A DNA stretch of 64,000 bases, from the NCBI GenBank assembly GCA_963789395.1, contig CAWBKP010000021.1:32001-96000 (forward strand), in the 5' to 3' direction. The stretch's first letter is position 1. Each line of letters begins with the position of its first letter. Positions 30,171 through 41,383 of the stretch are shown here, one piece after another. The translations under genes and the position numbers were made by a program. Source of the stretch: an uncultured delta proteobacterium (GTDB taxonomy: Bacteria > Desulfobacterota > Desulfobacteria > Desulfobacterales > Desulfatirhabdiaceae). Below the pieces are notes generated by a model. The model saw only the letters and a program-made list of their open reading frames with translations, had not been told where the DNA came from and made no database searches.

Positions 30171-31370
30171 TCAGCAGGTAAACCGACCGTCTTCATAAAT
30201 GGTTGTCTGTCCGCCGGCTGTTAAATGTGCCGTGACTCTTTTCTGCTCGGTGTTGACCAGATCCCAGTGCAGGGCGGAATCATTGAATCCCAGCTTTTTT
30301 TTCAGCTTTTCCGTCAGTTCGGCTGAGTTTCCGCTGTAGGTATCGGTGTATGATGAGCCAAGTGCTACGTGACAATTGCCGTGCGCGCCGCCGAAATTTT
30401 CGTCAAAAAGGGTATTGGCCATGAAGCGGTCAATTTTTGAAAAGCGCTTGTCGGTCAGTGAAAATTCCCCTAACCGGCTGGCTCCCTTGTCCATGGAAAG
30501 CTGGTTTTTTACAAAGGAATCCCCTTTTTGAGCGCCGATCTTTACGGCAACGCCGTCCTTGAATTCCAGCCGGACGTTTTCAACGTAATTGCCGTTTCGG
30601 TAGGATGGCTGATTGGCGAAATACACGCCCTGGGTTCCCCGCCAGTCCGGAGAGATAAACAGCTCGAAACTGGGGATGTTATGCCCCGTGATGCCGATCC
30701 ATTTTCGCCGGTCGCCGGGGGTGATCTTTAGATCGACATGGGTGGATTCAACATGGAAATACTGAACATGCATGCGATTCAGCCAGGCTTTGATGGTCCG
30801 GGATTTTTTATATACTGCCTGCCATTCGGAAACCGGCGACGCATGATCCAGAAAACAGGCATTTACAATCTGCCGGGTATATTCGTCGATGGACAGACCG
30901 GCATGCCTGGCCAGTTCGATGGTGGGAAGCATGCACAGGGTCCAGCTGAAATCCCCGGTTTCCTCGCGTTTGTTGAGGATGTCCCGGATAAATTTTCGGG
31001 CGACCGCTGCCTTGCCGATTTTTTTAGGGTCGGCTTCGCTCAGGTGGGTAATGGATTCCGGAGCGTGCAGATAAATGCTGCCGTTGAGATTGTCGTGTAA
31101 TTCACGTTCTCCGGGAGGCTGAAATGTCAGTTGTCTGGCATTGGCAAGCTGATAAAACGATTTTTCCATGCCGGATGTCAGCATGCACCGCTGAACAGGA
31201 TTCAGCCCCATTTCCAGAAGTCTGGCGTAGAGAATCTCCGCAAGCTTCAGCGCGGGGGAATCATATCGGATCAGCACCAGATCCTGCTTGCGGAATGGCT
31301 TGGACCGGGCGGTTTTCAGTCCCCAGATCAGGGTATCGGCGTATCGGTTTAAATGCGTATCGGTTAACAT
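30171..31370 (-). CDS. M29 family aminopeptidase
   Basis: NIPSFE, LGEFS, TLFDEN, HVALG, SALHWDLV. Confidence 0.88.
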   Translation of the reverse strand: MLTDTHLNRYADTLIWGLKTARSKPFRKQDLVLIRYDSPALKLAEILYARLLEMGLNPVQRCMLTSGMEKSFYQLANARQLTFQPPGERELHDNLNGSIYLHAPESITHLSEADPKKIGKAAVARKFIRDILNKREETGDFSWTLCMLPTIELARHAGLSIDEYTRQIVNACFLDHASPVSEWQAVYKKSRTIKAWLNRMHVQYFHVESTHVDLKITPGDRRKWIGITGHNIPSFELFISPDWRGTQGVYFANQPSYRNGNYVENVRLEFKDGVAVKIGAQKGDSFVKNQLSMDKGASRLGEFSLTDKRFSKIDRFMANTLFDENFGGAHGNCHVALGSSYTDTYSGNSAELTEKLKKKLGFNDSALHWDLVNTEQKRVTAHLTAGGQTTIYEDGRFTC

Positions 31371-31466
31371 TTTGTATCCATTATTTAACAAATGGGGGTA
31401 GGGTAATAGTCAAATACCGGGTATCCGGCTTAGGCCTGCTACCCGCAGCCTTCGGTCTTCCGGCTT

Positions 31467-31721
31467 TCAAGGATGGTCTTCTTTCAGAAAGAGGCGGTGA
31501 TATTCCGAATCGGAAAGATGGGCTTTCAGCAGGCGGTTGATCAGCCCGAAGATCTCTTCCAGATCAGCATCTGAAAGGGAAGGCATCAGCCGTTTCATCA
31601 GCTGATCGTCAGAAAATTTTTGAAGGTAGTAAATAACCGTATTTTCATCTGTCTGCCTGTCCAGTCCAAAACCGACAAGCTCCGAGTATGTTTCAACAAA
31701 ATTATGTGAATGCTGTTTCAT
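31467..31721 (-). CDS. Small conserved hypothetical cytoplasmic protein
   Basis: RBS AAGGA, upstream TTGACC-17-TAAAGT promoter, plausible helical 84-aa product. Confidence 0.7.
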   Translation of the reverse strand: MKQHSHNFVETYSELVGFGLDRQTDENTVIYYLQKFSDDQLMKRLMPSLSDADLEEIFGLINRLLKAHLSDSEYHRLFLKEDHP

Positions 31722-31946
31722 GACCGTCCTTTGCCGCATCGGCGGAAAAATATTCTGTTACTTTAATGGAAAATGCCGTTAAGGTCAACACGCACATTGC
31801 TATTTCATTGACGGTGAAAATCCGTTCAGACTGCTTTCATACTGCGTAGAAACCTTCCTTTGCATTGTCTTTACAAAAATTCGATATCATGATACTCCGC
31901 CCGATTGTGGATCATATTTAAAGTCTGAATCTCCGTCATTTTATTG

Positions 31947-31974
31947 TTGACATCGGATATTTCCTCATTACACT
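31947..31974 (+). promoter_or_regulatory. Putative sigma70 promoter of the cus-like operon
   Basis: TTGACA-16 nt-TACACT in an AT-rich intergenic region. Confidence 0.5.
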
Positions 31975-32119
31975 TCAACTATCGGCGTGAACATTCTGAT
32001 CTCCTGCAAAAACTTAAAATTTTATTTTGATCGCCATTTGGCTTGGTAAAACATTTTCGGATTAAATTTTCTAAGCCCCTTTTGGCAAGAGGGATAAGAC
32101 GGATCATGAAAGGGTGGGT

Positions 32120-33488
32120 ATGCACCAGAATGATTTTATCAACACACTTCGGACAAAGTTTATATTAATTCCGGCCCTGGTCTGTTTTATGACGGTCGCC
32201 TCATTTTCCCGGGCCGCGGAGAATGATCCGGCGGTTCTTGAGGGCCGCATTGCCGGATCGCCCTCCTTGAATGACCTCTTGTCCTATGCCTATCAGGCCA
32301 GTCCGGAAGTAAAAGCGGCCAAGGCGTCGTGGCGGGTCGCCATTGAAAAATACCGGGTAGAGACCGGGTATCCGGATCCAACGATCACGAACATGTATTA
32401 TCCCTATGATCCTTCCAGAGACTGGGCTACCAAACGGTTTGAAACCATATTTTCACAGACGATTCCATTTCCGGGAAAACTGGCGGCTGCCGGAAGAGTG
32501 GCTGTAACGGAGTCGGAGATGGCCAGGCTGGAGCTTGACCGGACAGTCCGGGATGTGTCGGTCAAGGTTCGCGAGTCTTACCATGAACTCCAGTATATCC
32601 GCGAGGCTGTCCGGATTGCCGATCAAAACAGGCAGGCGCTGGAGCACCTCAGAAATATCGGGGAGGCGGCATATGCCGGAAATCGAACGGCGCTTTATGA
32701 CGTCCTGAAGGCCCAGTCCCAATCCGGACAGGTCCAGTATGACATGCTGCTGCTTGAAGAGCTTGAAAGAACCGAAATCACCCGTTTGAATGCGCTGATG
32801 AATCGGCCGCCTGAAGCACAGATCGGGCCCCTCATTAACGAATCCTCGGCGCCGCTTGTCTATGGATTGAATGAAATTTACGCCCTTGCAGAGACCCATC
32901 GGGAGGAAATCCGGGTGGCTGCGACCGGTGTGGACAAATCCCGGGCCGAGGCCGATGTGGCCCGTTACCAGAACCTGCCGGAATTTATGGTGGGGTTTAA
33001 ATACGAATACGATGCGCCGTCGACACCCGATGGGCCTGTCAAACAACATGTACGGGATACAGTTCGGGATGACCCTTCCGATCTGGTGGGATAAAAACGC
33101 CGGCAGGCGGGAAGCGGCCCGGGCCGGGACCGAAAAAGCCGCAGCCCTGGTAAGCGCCCGGATCAATGAAGCCCGTGCCATGATCCGGGAAACGTTTTTC
33201 AGACTTAAAAACGCCGAAAGACTCATTGCACTGTATCGGGATCAGTTGCTTCCCCAGGCTGAAAAGGCCATGGAAACGGCTGAAATCTGGAACCGCGAGG
33301 GTCAGGGCAGTCTGACCGATTTTGTGGAAACAGAAGCGGTCTGGTATAATTTTCAGCTCGCGCTGGCAAGATCCAGAGCCGATTACGGCAAATATCTGGC
33401 CAAGCTGGAGGGAATTGCCGGTATCAGCCTCACCCGCAAGCCGGAAGAAACTGCCCAGCAGCCGCCGCAGACGGAGGCAGCGCCATGA
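32120..33488 (+). CDS. TolC family outer-membrane factor 1; apparent frameshift about 33031
   Basis: Signal peptide, YPDP, SQTIPFPGKL, NALMNRP; then FGMTLPIW, YRDQLLPQA. Confidence 0.85.
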
Positions 33489-35108
33489 AACTGTCCGGAA
33501 ACGCCGAAGGTTACATACATCGAAGCTTGGAAATGCCGAAGCGTCGGGAAATCTCGATTTCCGCTCTTAGCGACTTGATGGTTTGCTGCTTATGGGTGTC
33601 GGCAGTCGTTTGCTGTTCGGGTTGTTCCCATTATCAGAACTTGTTTGAAGGTTATGAAACGTACAGCCCGCCTGCCATTGCGTCCGCTCCGATTGCACCG
33701 GAACACATGGTTCAGGTTAATTTGCAGTCAGATGCCGATTTCAGGAACCAGAAAACGCGGCTCGAGCAGATGAGCCATCAGTGGGAGGCTGCGATCGGTG
33801 CCTCTGGCACGGATACCCGGTTTTTTTAGCCGGACCAGGGACCGGTTATCCGCCCTTGAGCCGGCCGGCCGCGATGCAGCGGCTGCCGAACGGGCGTTGA
33901 CTCCCAGCTTTACCCTGGAAACCCTTGAGATACTGTCGCTTCTCAGAAACCAGGGGGTGATTTCGGCTGAACGGACATTTCAGGGCAAACTTCAATCCTA
34001 TAGCCAGGTTTCAAACCTGGATGAAATACTGAGGCAGTATGCTGCCTTTACCCAGGCGGTGATGACAGGCGTCGGGGACATGGCTGACAAGGAATCTCCG
34101 GCCATGAAATTTCCCTTTCCGGGAGTGTTGGCGTTAAAGGGTGAGATCGTCAATCAGGAAGTGAAGATTGCACGGGAAGAACTCGAAACGGTCCGAAAAA
34201 CCGTGGTTACGGACAGCCGTAAAATTTTCTGGAATTTGACCTACAACCGCCGCGCGCAGGAAATTACCGCCGCCACACTGGAGCTTCTCGATCAGCTCGA
34301 GCTTTCGGCCCGGAAGCGCTACGAGGTCGGAAAGGAATCGCTTCAGGATGTCATCCGCGTTCAGATCCAGCAGGAGAAGCTGCGGGAAGAACAGAACACC
34401 CTGAAAGAAGAGCAGCGAAATCTTCAGACGGATATCCGTAAAATTGTTGATCTGGTTCCCGGATCGGACATCGGGGTTCCTGTCATCCGAGAACCCCGCC
34501 GGAATCTTCCGGACCTTGACAGGGTGACGGAAGTGGCGTTGGCGCAAAACCAGGACGTAAGAATTATTCGGGCCATGATCGGCAGAACGGAGCGGATGAT
34601 CGAGATGGCAGAGACGGAAATCTATCCGCGCTTTACCCAGAATCTATCCTTGTTTGAAAACAAGGCCATCGTTCAGGTGGGCTCGATCCGAACAGAGGCG
34701 CCTTTTGCCGATGTCGCCAAATCTTCCAGGGGAGAGGGGTTGCCGAAAAATTCGTGGTTTGGCCTGGGAGACGCCTATCTGCGGGAAACCCGTGACAATC
34801 TCGACGCCCTTGGAAAGGCGCTGAAAAATGCGGAAAACCGGTTGCGTTTCAGAGTCAGGGAAGGGTGGTTCAAGCTGGATCTGGCCATCCGGCAAGAGCG
34901 GCTCTATACGAGAAAAATCAAGGAGCTCTCCCGCCTATCCGCGGAAGTAACGGGCTTGCGGTATGAAGCCGGCGTTGCGGAAATGCGGGATGTCATCGAA
35001 TTTTACATGACGTGGTTTGAAGCCCGCCTGACAAGCGAGCGGGAAAAAAGCAAAATCGGGATTGCGCGGGCCGAATTGGAAGAGATTGTCGGGACATCAC
35101 TGAAATAG
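33485..35108 (+). CDS. TolC family outer-membrane factor 2, lipoprotein-like; apparent frameshift in the T-run 33821-33827
   Basis: Lipobox-like CSGC; FPFPG, RYEVG...DVIR, RYEAG...DVI, ARAELEEIVG. Confidence 0.8.
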
Positions 35109-35151
35109 GTTTGATGGGTTTAATCGAAGCCGTCACGCTAGGAGATCAACA

Positions 35152-36465
35152 ATGCTAAAACCGCCATTAAAAATCACCCTGGCCGTACTTGTCGCATCGA
35201 TTCTTGTCGTCGGTGTATCCTGGCGCCTTGGCTATCAGCAGGGGGCAAGCAGACTGCCGTCGGGTCCAAGCAGCTCCCATAAGCTGCTTTTTTACCGCAA
35301 CCCCATGAATCCGGCCATCACCTCCCCGGTTCCTGCCAAGGATGAAATGGGCATGGATTATATCCCGGTTTATGAGGACGATGCGACGACCCCGGTCAAA
35401 TCCGCCCAGCAGCAGGCAGATGATTTTTTCAGTGACGAAACCAAAGTCTCCGGCCTTGGTGCCGTTACGATGACGGATCAGGGGATAAAACTGTCGGGAG
35501 TTCAGGTTGCGATGGCTGTTCAGGAAAAGCTCCAACGGGCCCTTCGTACCGTGGGACTGGTCGTGTCGGACGAAACGCGCATCCACCGGGTACAGACCAA
35601 GGTCGGAGGCTGGGTGGAAACCCTGCTGATCAATTATATGGGCCAGCTCGTCAAAAAAGGCAGCCCCATCCTGTCGATATATTCTCCGGAGCTCTTGAGC
35701 AGTCAGGAGGAATTCATCAAAATCCGGCAATCGGCGCTGCGCTCGGCCTCGGATGCCGGAGACCGGTCATCCGCTCAGAGATTGCGTGAGTCTGCACAGC
35801 GCCGGCTGGAGCTCTTCGATGTCCCGCCGGACTTCATCAAGGAACTCGAACGCACCGGAAAACCCCAGCGGACGGTCACCCTGCTGTCTCCTGCCGACGG
35901 TTTTGTGACCGCCAAGGATATTTTTCCAGGCCAGGAAGTCAAGCCTGGAATGGAGCTTTACACGGTTACGGATCTGTCCGTTGTCTGGGTGGATGCCGAG
36001 GTGTACGAATACGAAACCCGGGACGTCCATGTCGGACAGGAAGGCGTTCTGACGACATCCTATGATCCGTCTCTTCGACTTACGGGAAAAATCGCCTATA
36101 TTTATCCCTATTTGAATCGTGAGAGCCGAACCCTGAAACTCCGGTTCAATTTCGAAAACAAGGATCTGCGGCTGAAGCCCGGAATGTATGTGGATGTCAA
36201 TCTCATGATCGATTACGGAGAGGGGATTGTTATTCCCGATTCCGCGGTCATGGATTCGGGAACCCGACAGGTGGTGTTTGTGGACAAAGGGGAAGGCCGG
36301 TTCGAACCCCGGGAAGTGAAAGCCGGGGCAAGAAGCGAGGGGAAAATTCAGGTGCTGTCTGGGTTAAGTGCAGGAGACCGGGTGGTGGTAAAAGCGAATT
36401 TTCTGCTGGATTCCGAGTCCCGTCTCAGGGCACTTATCGATGCTGCGATGGCTGTGAAAAAATAG
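35152..36465 (+). CDS. cusB: CusB-like RND periplasmic adaptor with N-terminal heavy-metal-binding motif
   Basis: YRNPMNP...KDEMGMDYIPVY, IYSPEL, IYPYLN, LKPGMY, FLLDSES. Confidence 0.9.
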   Translation: MLKPPLKITLAVLVASILVVGVSWRLGYQQGASRLPSGPSSSHKLLFYRNPMNPAITSPVPAKDEMGMDYIPVYEDDATTPVKSAQQQADDFFSDETKVSGLGAVTMTDQGIKLSGVQVAMAVQEKLQRALRTVGLVVSDETRIHRVQTKVGGWVETLLINYMGQLVKKGSPILSIYSPELLSSQEEFIKIRQSALRSASDAGDRSSAQRLRESAQRRLELFDVPPDFIKELERTGKPQRTVTLLSPADGFVTAKDIFPGQEVKPGMELYTVTDLSVVWVDAEVYEYETRDVHVGQEGVLTTSYDPSLRLTGKIAYIYPYLNRESRTLKLRFNFENKDLRLKPGMYVDVNLMIDYGEGIVIPDSAVMDSGTRQVVFVDKGEGRFEPREVKAGARSEGKIQVLSGLSAGDRVVVKANFLLDSESRLRALIDAAMAVKK

Positions 36466-36473
36466 GACTGACC

Positions 36474-39400
36474 ATGATAAGAAAAATCATCGAATTTTCA
36501 GCGACCAACCGCCTGCTGGTTGTCATGTTTACGATTGCCGTCATGGTCATGGCCGTTTACGCGCTTAAATCCATCCGTCTGGATGCGCTTCCGGATCTCT
36601 CCGATACCCAGGTCATTATTTACTCCAAGTGGGATCGTTCTCCGGACATCATCGAGGATCAGGTCACCTATCCCATTGTTTCAACCCTGCTGGGTGCTCC
36701 GGACGTAAAGGCGATCCGGGCCTTGTCGGATTTTGGTTTTTCTTATATTTATGTCATATTTAAAGATGGAACCGATATTTACTGGGCCCGTTCCCGGGTT
36801 CTGGAATATCTTTCCAAGATTCAGGCCCGCCTTCCCGAAGGCGTGCGAACCGAGCTGGGTCCGGATGCCACCGGTGTGGGATGGGTCTATGAGTATGTTC
36901 TGGTGGACCATTCCGGCGGTTATTCCCTGGATCAGCTCCGGTCCTATCAGGACTGGACCCTGCGATATGCCATTCAGGCGGTTCCGGGAGTTGCGGAGGT
37001 GGCATCCATCGGCGGGTTTGTCAAACAATACCAGATTACCGTTGATCCCAACCGTCTGTCTGCTTACGGGATTTCCTTCAACATGCTTTCTTCCGTCATC
37101 CGGGAGTCCAACAATGAGGTGGGCGGACGGCTCCTGGAGTTTACGGGCACCGAATACATGGTTCGGGCAAGGGGATACAGCCGAAGCATCGCGGATTTTG
37201 AGAGTATCGTGGTCAAGGTGACCCCCGGCGGCACCCCGGTGCTCCTTAAAGACATCGGCAAGGTGGAGTTGGGACCTGAAATCCGCCGCGGCGTTTCCGA
37301 CCTGGACGGGAAAGGGGATGTGGTGGGCGGCATCGTGGTCATGCGGCACGGGGAAAACGCCCTGAATGTCATCAACCGGGTGAAGGAAAAGCTAAAGGAA
37401 CTTAAGCCCTATCTTCCCAAAGGGGTGGAAATCCTTCCCGCCTATGACCGTTCGGATCTGATCACCCGCGCCCTGGAAACGCTCAGCCATGAGCTGAAAA
37501 TCGAGATGATCATCGTCTCCTTTGTCATTCTTGTTTTTCTCTGGCACATTCCTTCCGCAATCGTTCCCATTGTCACCATCCCGGTATCGGTCCTGATTTC
37601 ATTCATTCCACTGTATTTCATGGGGGTCACGGTCAATATCATGTCGCTTGCCGGCATCGCCATCTCCATCGGGGTTCTGGTGGACGGGGCCATCGTGGAA
37701 GTCGAGAACGCATACAACAAACTTTATCACTGGCAGGCGGACGGGCGAAAAGGGGACTTTCACAAGGTGCGGCTGGAAGCCCTCATGGAAGTGGGGCCGT
37801 CGGTATTTTTCTCGCTCCTGGTCATTGCCGTGGCGTTTCTTCCCATCTTTGCGCTGGTGGATCAGGAAGGCCGGCTCTTCCGGCCTCTGGCATATTCCAA
37901 GAATCTGGCCATGGCGATTGCAGCCATTCTGGCCATAACACTGGACCCGGCCATGCGGATGTTTTTCACCCGCATGGATCCGTTTTCGTTCAAGCCCAGA
38001 TGGCTTGCCTGGGTGACCACCAAAACGCTGGTCGGCACCTATTACTCGGAAGATTCTCATCCCATCAGCCGGGCCATCTTCAAAGTTTATGAGCCTGCCT
38101 GCCGGTTTGTACTGGCCTGGCCCAAAGCTGTTATCGCCACATCCGTTGCCATGGTCGCCCTGAGCATTCCCGTGTATCTGAATCTGGGGACGGAATTCAT
38201 GCCCCCTTTGAATGAGGGGACCATTCTTTACATGCCCACAACCCTTCCCGGGATTTCGGTCGCGCAGGCCCAGGAACTTCTGGAAACCCAGGACCGGGTG
38301 CTGGCTGCGTTTCCGGAAGTGGAACGGGTTTTCGGCAAAGCCGGACGTGCGGATACATCCACGGATCCGGCGCCATTTTCCATGATGGAAACAACGGTGG
38401 TGCTCAAGCCCGAAAGTCAATGGAGAGGCAAGAACAGGTGGTATTCCGCGTGGGTTCCGGACCGGCTGAAATTTCTGTTTCGCCCGATCTGGCCGGATCA
38501 TATTTCCTGGGATGAGCTGGTCGCCGAAATGGACAAGGCCCTTCAGATACCCGGGGTGACCAATGCCTGGACCATGCCCATCAAGGCGCGGATCGATATG
38601 CTCACGACCGGTATCCGGACGCCGGTCGGGATCAAGATTTTCGGCTCGGACCTGAAGGAGATCGAGCGGATCGGGCTTGAACTGGAGCAGGCTATTCGCG
38701 ACATCCCGGGAACCCGGAGCGTGTTTGCCGAGCGGGTGGTCGGCGGCTATTTTGTGGACTTTGAGCCGCGCCGGGATCAGCTTGCCAGGTACGGACTGAC
38801 CATAGCCCAGGTTCAGTCGGTCATTACAGGTGCCATCGGCGGGGAAAACATCACCTACACCGTAGAGGGCAGGGAGCGCTATCCGGTCAATCTGCGCTAC
38901 CCCCGCGAACTTCGCGAGGATATGGATAAGCTCCGACGGGTGCTTGTCCCGACCCCGACAGGCGCCCAGATTCCGCTTTCGCAGCTGGCGGATATCAAGC
39001 TGGCTCAGGGGCCTGCCATGCTGCGGGACGAAAACGGATTTCTGGCAGGTTATGTCTATGTGGACATTTCCGGCAGGGATGTCGGCGGGTATGTGGAGGA
39101 AGCCAAACAGCGGGTGAATGACAAGGTTTCGCTCAAGCCGGGATATATTCTCCAGTGGAGCGGTCAGTACGAAAACATGATACGGGTGAGGGAACGGCTC
39201 CAGATTGTCATTCCCATAACGATCCTTCTGATATTTTTTCTGCTGTACATGAACACCCAGTCGGTCTTCAAAACCACCGTTGTCATGCTGGCCGTTCCCT
39301 TTTCTGCCATCGGTGCCATCTGGCTGTTTCACTTTCTGCATTACAATGTTTCCATTGCCGCGTGGGTGGGAATGATCGCGCTGATGGGCCTTGATGCTGA

Positions 39401-39755
39401 AACCGGGGTTTTCATGCTCCTCTTTCTCGACCTGTCGATTGACGATGCCAAAAAACGGGGCAGGCTGAGTTCTTCCGAAGACCTGGATGAAGCCATCATG
39501 CACGGGGCCGTCAAGCGTGCACGACCCAAGATGATGACCGTAGCCGCCGCCTTCATGGGCCTTCTGCCCATTATGTGGTCCACATCCGCGGGCGCGGATG
39601 TGATGAAGCGGATCGCCGCCCCCATGATCGGCGGGTTGATCACATCGTTTATTCTGGAGCTTCTGGTTTATCCGGCAATCTATAAACTCTGGAAGGAACA
39701 CACGGATATAAAGCCGGTAAAGGCTCAGGCAGTTCCCATGGCGCTGAATCGCTGA
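36474..39755 (+). CDS. cusA: CusA/CzcA family heavy-metal RND transporter
   Basis: DALPDLSDTQVI, LGPDATGVGWVYEY, EFMPPLNEG, LYMP, MMET, AAPMIGG. Confidence 0.95.
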   Translation: MIRKIIEFSATNRLLVVMFTIAVMVMAVYALKSIRLDALPDLSDTQVIIYSKWDRSPDIIEDQVTYPIVSTLLGAPDVKAIRALSDFGFSYIYVIFKDGTDIYWARSRVLEYLSKIQARLPEGVRTELGPDATGVGWVYEYVLVDHSGGYSLDQLRSYQDWTLRYAIQAVPGVAEVASIGGFVKQYQITVDPNRLSAYGISFNMLSSVIRESNNEVGGRLLEFTGTEYMVRARGYSRSIADFESIVVKVTPGGTPVLLKDIGKVELGPEIRRGVSDLDGKGDVVGGIVVMRHGENALNVINRVKEKLKELKPYLPKGVEILPAYDRSDLITRALETLSHELKIEMIIVSFVILVFLWHIPSAIVPIVTIPVSVLISFIPLYFMGVTVNIMSLAGIAISIGVLVDGAIVEVENAYNKLYHWQADGRKGDFHKVRLEALMEVGPSVFFSLLVIAVAFLPIFALVDQEGRLFRPLAYSKNLAMAIAAILAITLDPAMRMFFTRMDPFSFKPRWLAWVTTKTLVGTYYSEDSHPISRAIFKVYEPACRFVLAWPKAVIATSVAMVALSIPVYLNLGTEFMPPLNEGTILYMPTTLPGISVAQAQELLETQDRVLAAFPEVERVFGKAGRADTSTDPAPFSMMETTVVLKPESQWRGKNRWYSAWVPDRLKFLFRPIWPDHISWDELVAEMDKALQIPGVTNAWTMPIKARIDMLTTGIRTPVGIKIFGSDLKEIERIGLELEQAIRDIPGTRSVFAERVVGGYFVDFEPRRDQLARYGLTIAQVQSVITGAIGGENITYTVEGRERYPVNLRYPRELREDMDKLRRVLVPTPTGAQIPLSQLADIKLAQGPAMLRDENGFLAGYVYVDISGRDVGGYVEEAKQRVNDKVSLKPGYILQWSGQYENMIRVRERLQIVIPITILLIFFLLYMNTQSVFKTTVVMLAVPFSAIGAIWLFHFLHYNVSIAAWVGMIALMGLDAETGVFMLLFLDLSIDDAKKRGRLSSSEDLDEAIMHGAVKRARPKMMTVAAAFMGLLPIMWSTSAGADVMKRIAAPMIGGLITSFILELLVYPAIYKLWKEHTDIKPVKAQAVPMALNR

Positions 39756-40001
39756 CCGGAGTTGCGCAAGTGCCTTTTAATTCAGATCCAAAGACGGATG
39801 CCGCCATAAGAGACGACAAGCATCAGGTAAGCTGGCGCGGCTCCCGAAAGGATTTTTTCAATTGAAAAACTTGAAACAGCCGTAATGCGTCATATTGTGT
39901 CAATACACCCGTAGATGTTTTATCGGTTTGTTGAAAGGCGGATCGATAAAGATTTTGTAATCGTCGCCATCGCGCATGGCCATTGAACAAAGGAGAAGGC
40001 A

Positions 40002-40454
40002 ATGAAAAAGACAATATGGATTGGAATGCTGGTGATGTTGTTTGGGTTGGGGATGGCTTTTAACGCATCCGCCGCTCACAGTACGGGACAGATGCTCCGT
40101 CAGAGCACGGTTGATGGGTATGGCTTGATGTACCATGTCCTGGATATGGCCGAACGCAATGCCATGATGAAGGGAATGGAAGGGATGGAAATGCCCGGCA
40201 TGAGCAACAGCCCGGATATTACCAACCACCTCATGGTTTTCATCACCGACCCGGGGGGAAAATTCGTTTCCGGAAAGATCGGTTTTTTGATTACCGGTCC
40301 GGACGGCAAGGAGCAGAAAACCCTTACCATGGGAATGGATAATGGTTACGGTGCGGATGTCAGTTTCAAGGAAAAGGGGGTTTACAAGATCAAAACCAAG
40401 GCGGTGATTGGCGGGAAAACGTTGATGGATGAATTCTCTTATGAAAATAAATGA
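40002..40454 (+). CDS. Met/His-rich exported protein
   Basis: RBS AGGAG, signal peptide ending ASA, MMKGMEGMEMPGM, beta-rich C-terminus. Confidence 0.8.
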   Translation: MKKTIWIGMLVMLFGLGMAFNASAAHSTGQMLRQSTVDGYGLMYHVLDMAERNAMMKGMEGMEMPGMSNSPDITNHLMVFITDPGGKFVSGKIGFLITGPDGKEQKTLTMGMDNGYGADVSFKEKGVYKIKTKAVIGGKTLMDEFSYENK

Positions 40455-40635
40455 AAATCGGGCTGCTGAAAAATCTGTACATCTTTGCAAGAATACAGTA
40501 CAACAAAAATTGTATCCGGGGTTCCGGGTGACTGGTTCTGTTTTTTTTGCCGCATTTTAACCCAAGTTTGAGTATACAGGGGTCGCATCGTTTCCGCTCA
40601 ACCGGTTTTCTGCACGCTTTCATGGGAGGAACAAC

Positions 40636-41280
40636 ATGAGTATTATCAATCTGGCAGATGCTAAAGTGTCATACGAGGGTCAAACACTTCCCGCCATCAA
40701 TTTGATCAGCAAATTGCAGGTCCAGCTTCAGGAGACCGCATCCCGACTTGCTGCCATGGCAGCCGTATTGGGACAACTTCAAACCGCCTTGCTGAACTCC
40801 CATACCGTTGAAGTGAAACTGACGCTCTCCAAGGAAGACTATGACAGATTCAGATCACTGGGAGGAGCGGACGACAGTGACCGTATCCGAAAAGCCCTTC
40901 TGAATGTATTTCATTCTGATAAGGTTGAAATTTCTCCTGCTCCTGTTGAATCCGGAACCGTTGTCACTGAGACGGTGGAACCCGTGTTATCTCTGAATCC
41001 GGAGCCTCAGGCCATCGAAAGAAGTTTTCAGGACCGGGCGGTTGTTTCTGAAATGGGGGCAAAAAAGAAACAGACCACCAAATGTCCCAGATGCCAGTCG
41101 CAAATTGATCTGCCGGAGTTATCAAATGAACAGTGGCCGGTTGAAGTCAAATGCAGTAACTGCGGAGCCAAGTGTTTGATCAAATCCAAAGCCGCAAGCC
41201 CTGCAAAAACCGACAAGGCCGGATTTGAACCCCTTGATGAAGCTGCCTACGGCAAGCTGTTTGACATGCTTTCAACGTAA
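40636..41280 (+). CDS. Hypothetical protein: coiled coil, RHH-like segment and C4 Zn ribbon
   Basis: RBS GGAGG; CPRC...CSNC; VEVKLTLSKEDYDRFRSLGG...DSDRIRKAL. Confidence 0.75.
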   Translation: MSIINLADAKVSYEGQTLPAINLISKLQVQLQETASRLAAMAAVLGQLQTALLNSHTVEVKLTLSKEDYDRFRSLGGADDSDRIRKALLNVFHSDKVEISPAPVESGTVVTETVEPVLSLNPEPQAIERSFQDRAVVSEMGAKKKQTTKCPRCQSQIDLPELSNEQWPVEVKCSNCGAKCLIKSKAASPAKTDKAGFEPLDEAAYGKLFDMLST

Positions 41281-41383
41281 CGCGTGTGATAATGATAGTT
41301 TGGTTTATTTCGAATTTCGAAATTACCCTGAATAGTTTTTCTTTCAGCCAATAAATTGCTATTCTCATGATCAGGAGTCCCTG

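Noticed and set aside
37599..39701. 700-aa ORF antisense to cusA
   Set aside because: Shadow frame of a GC-biased coding gene; no motifs or RBS
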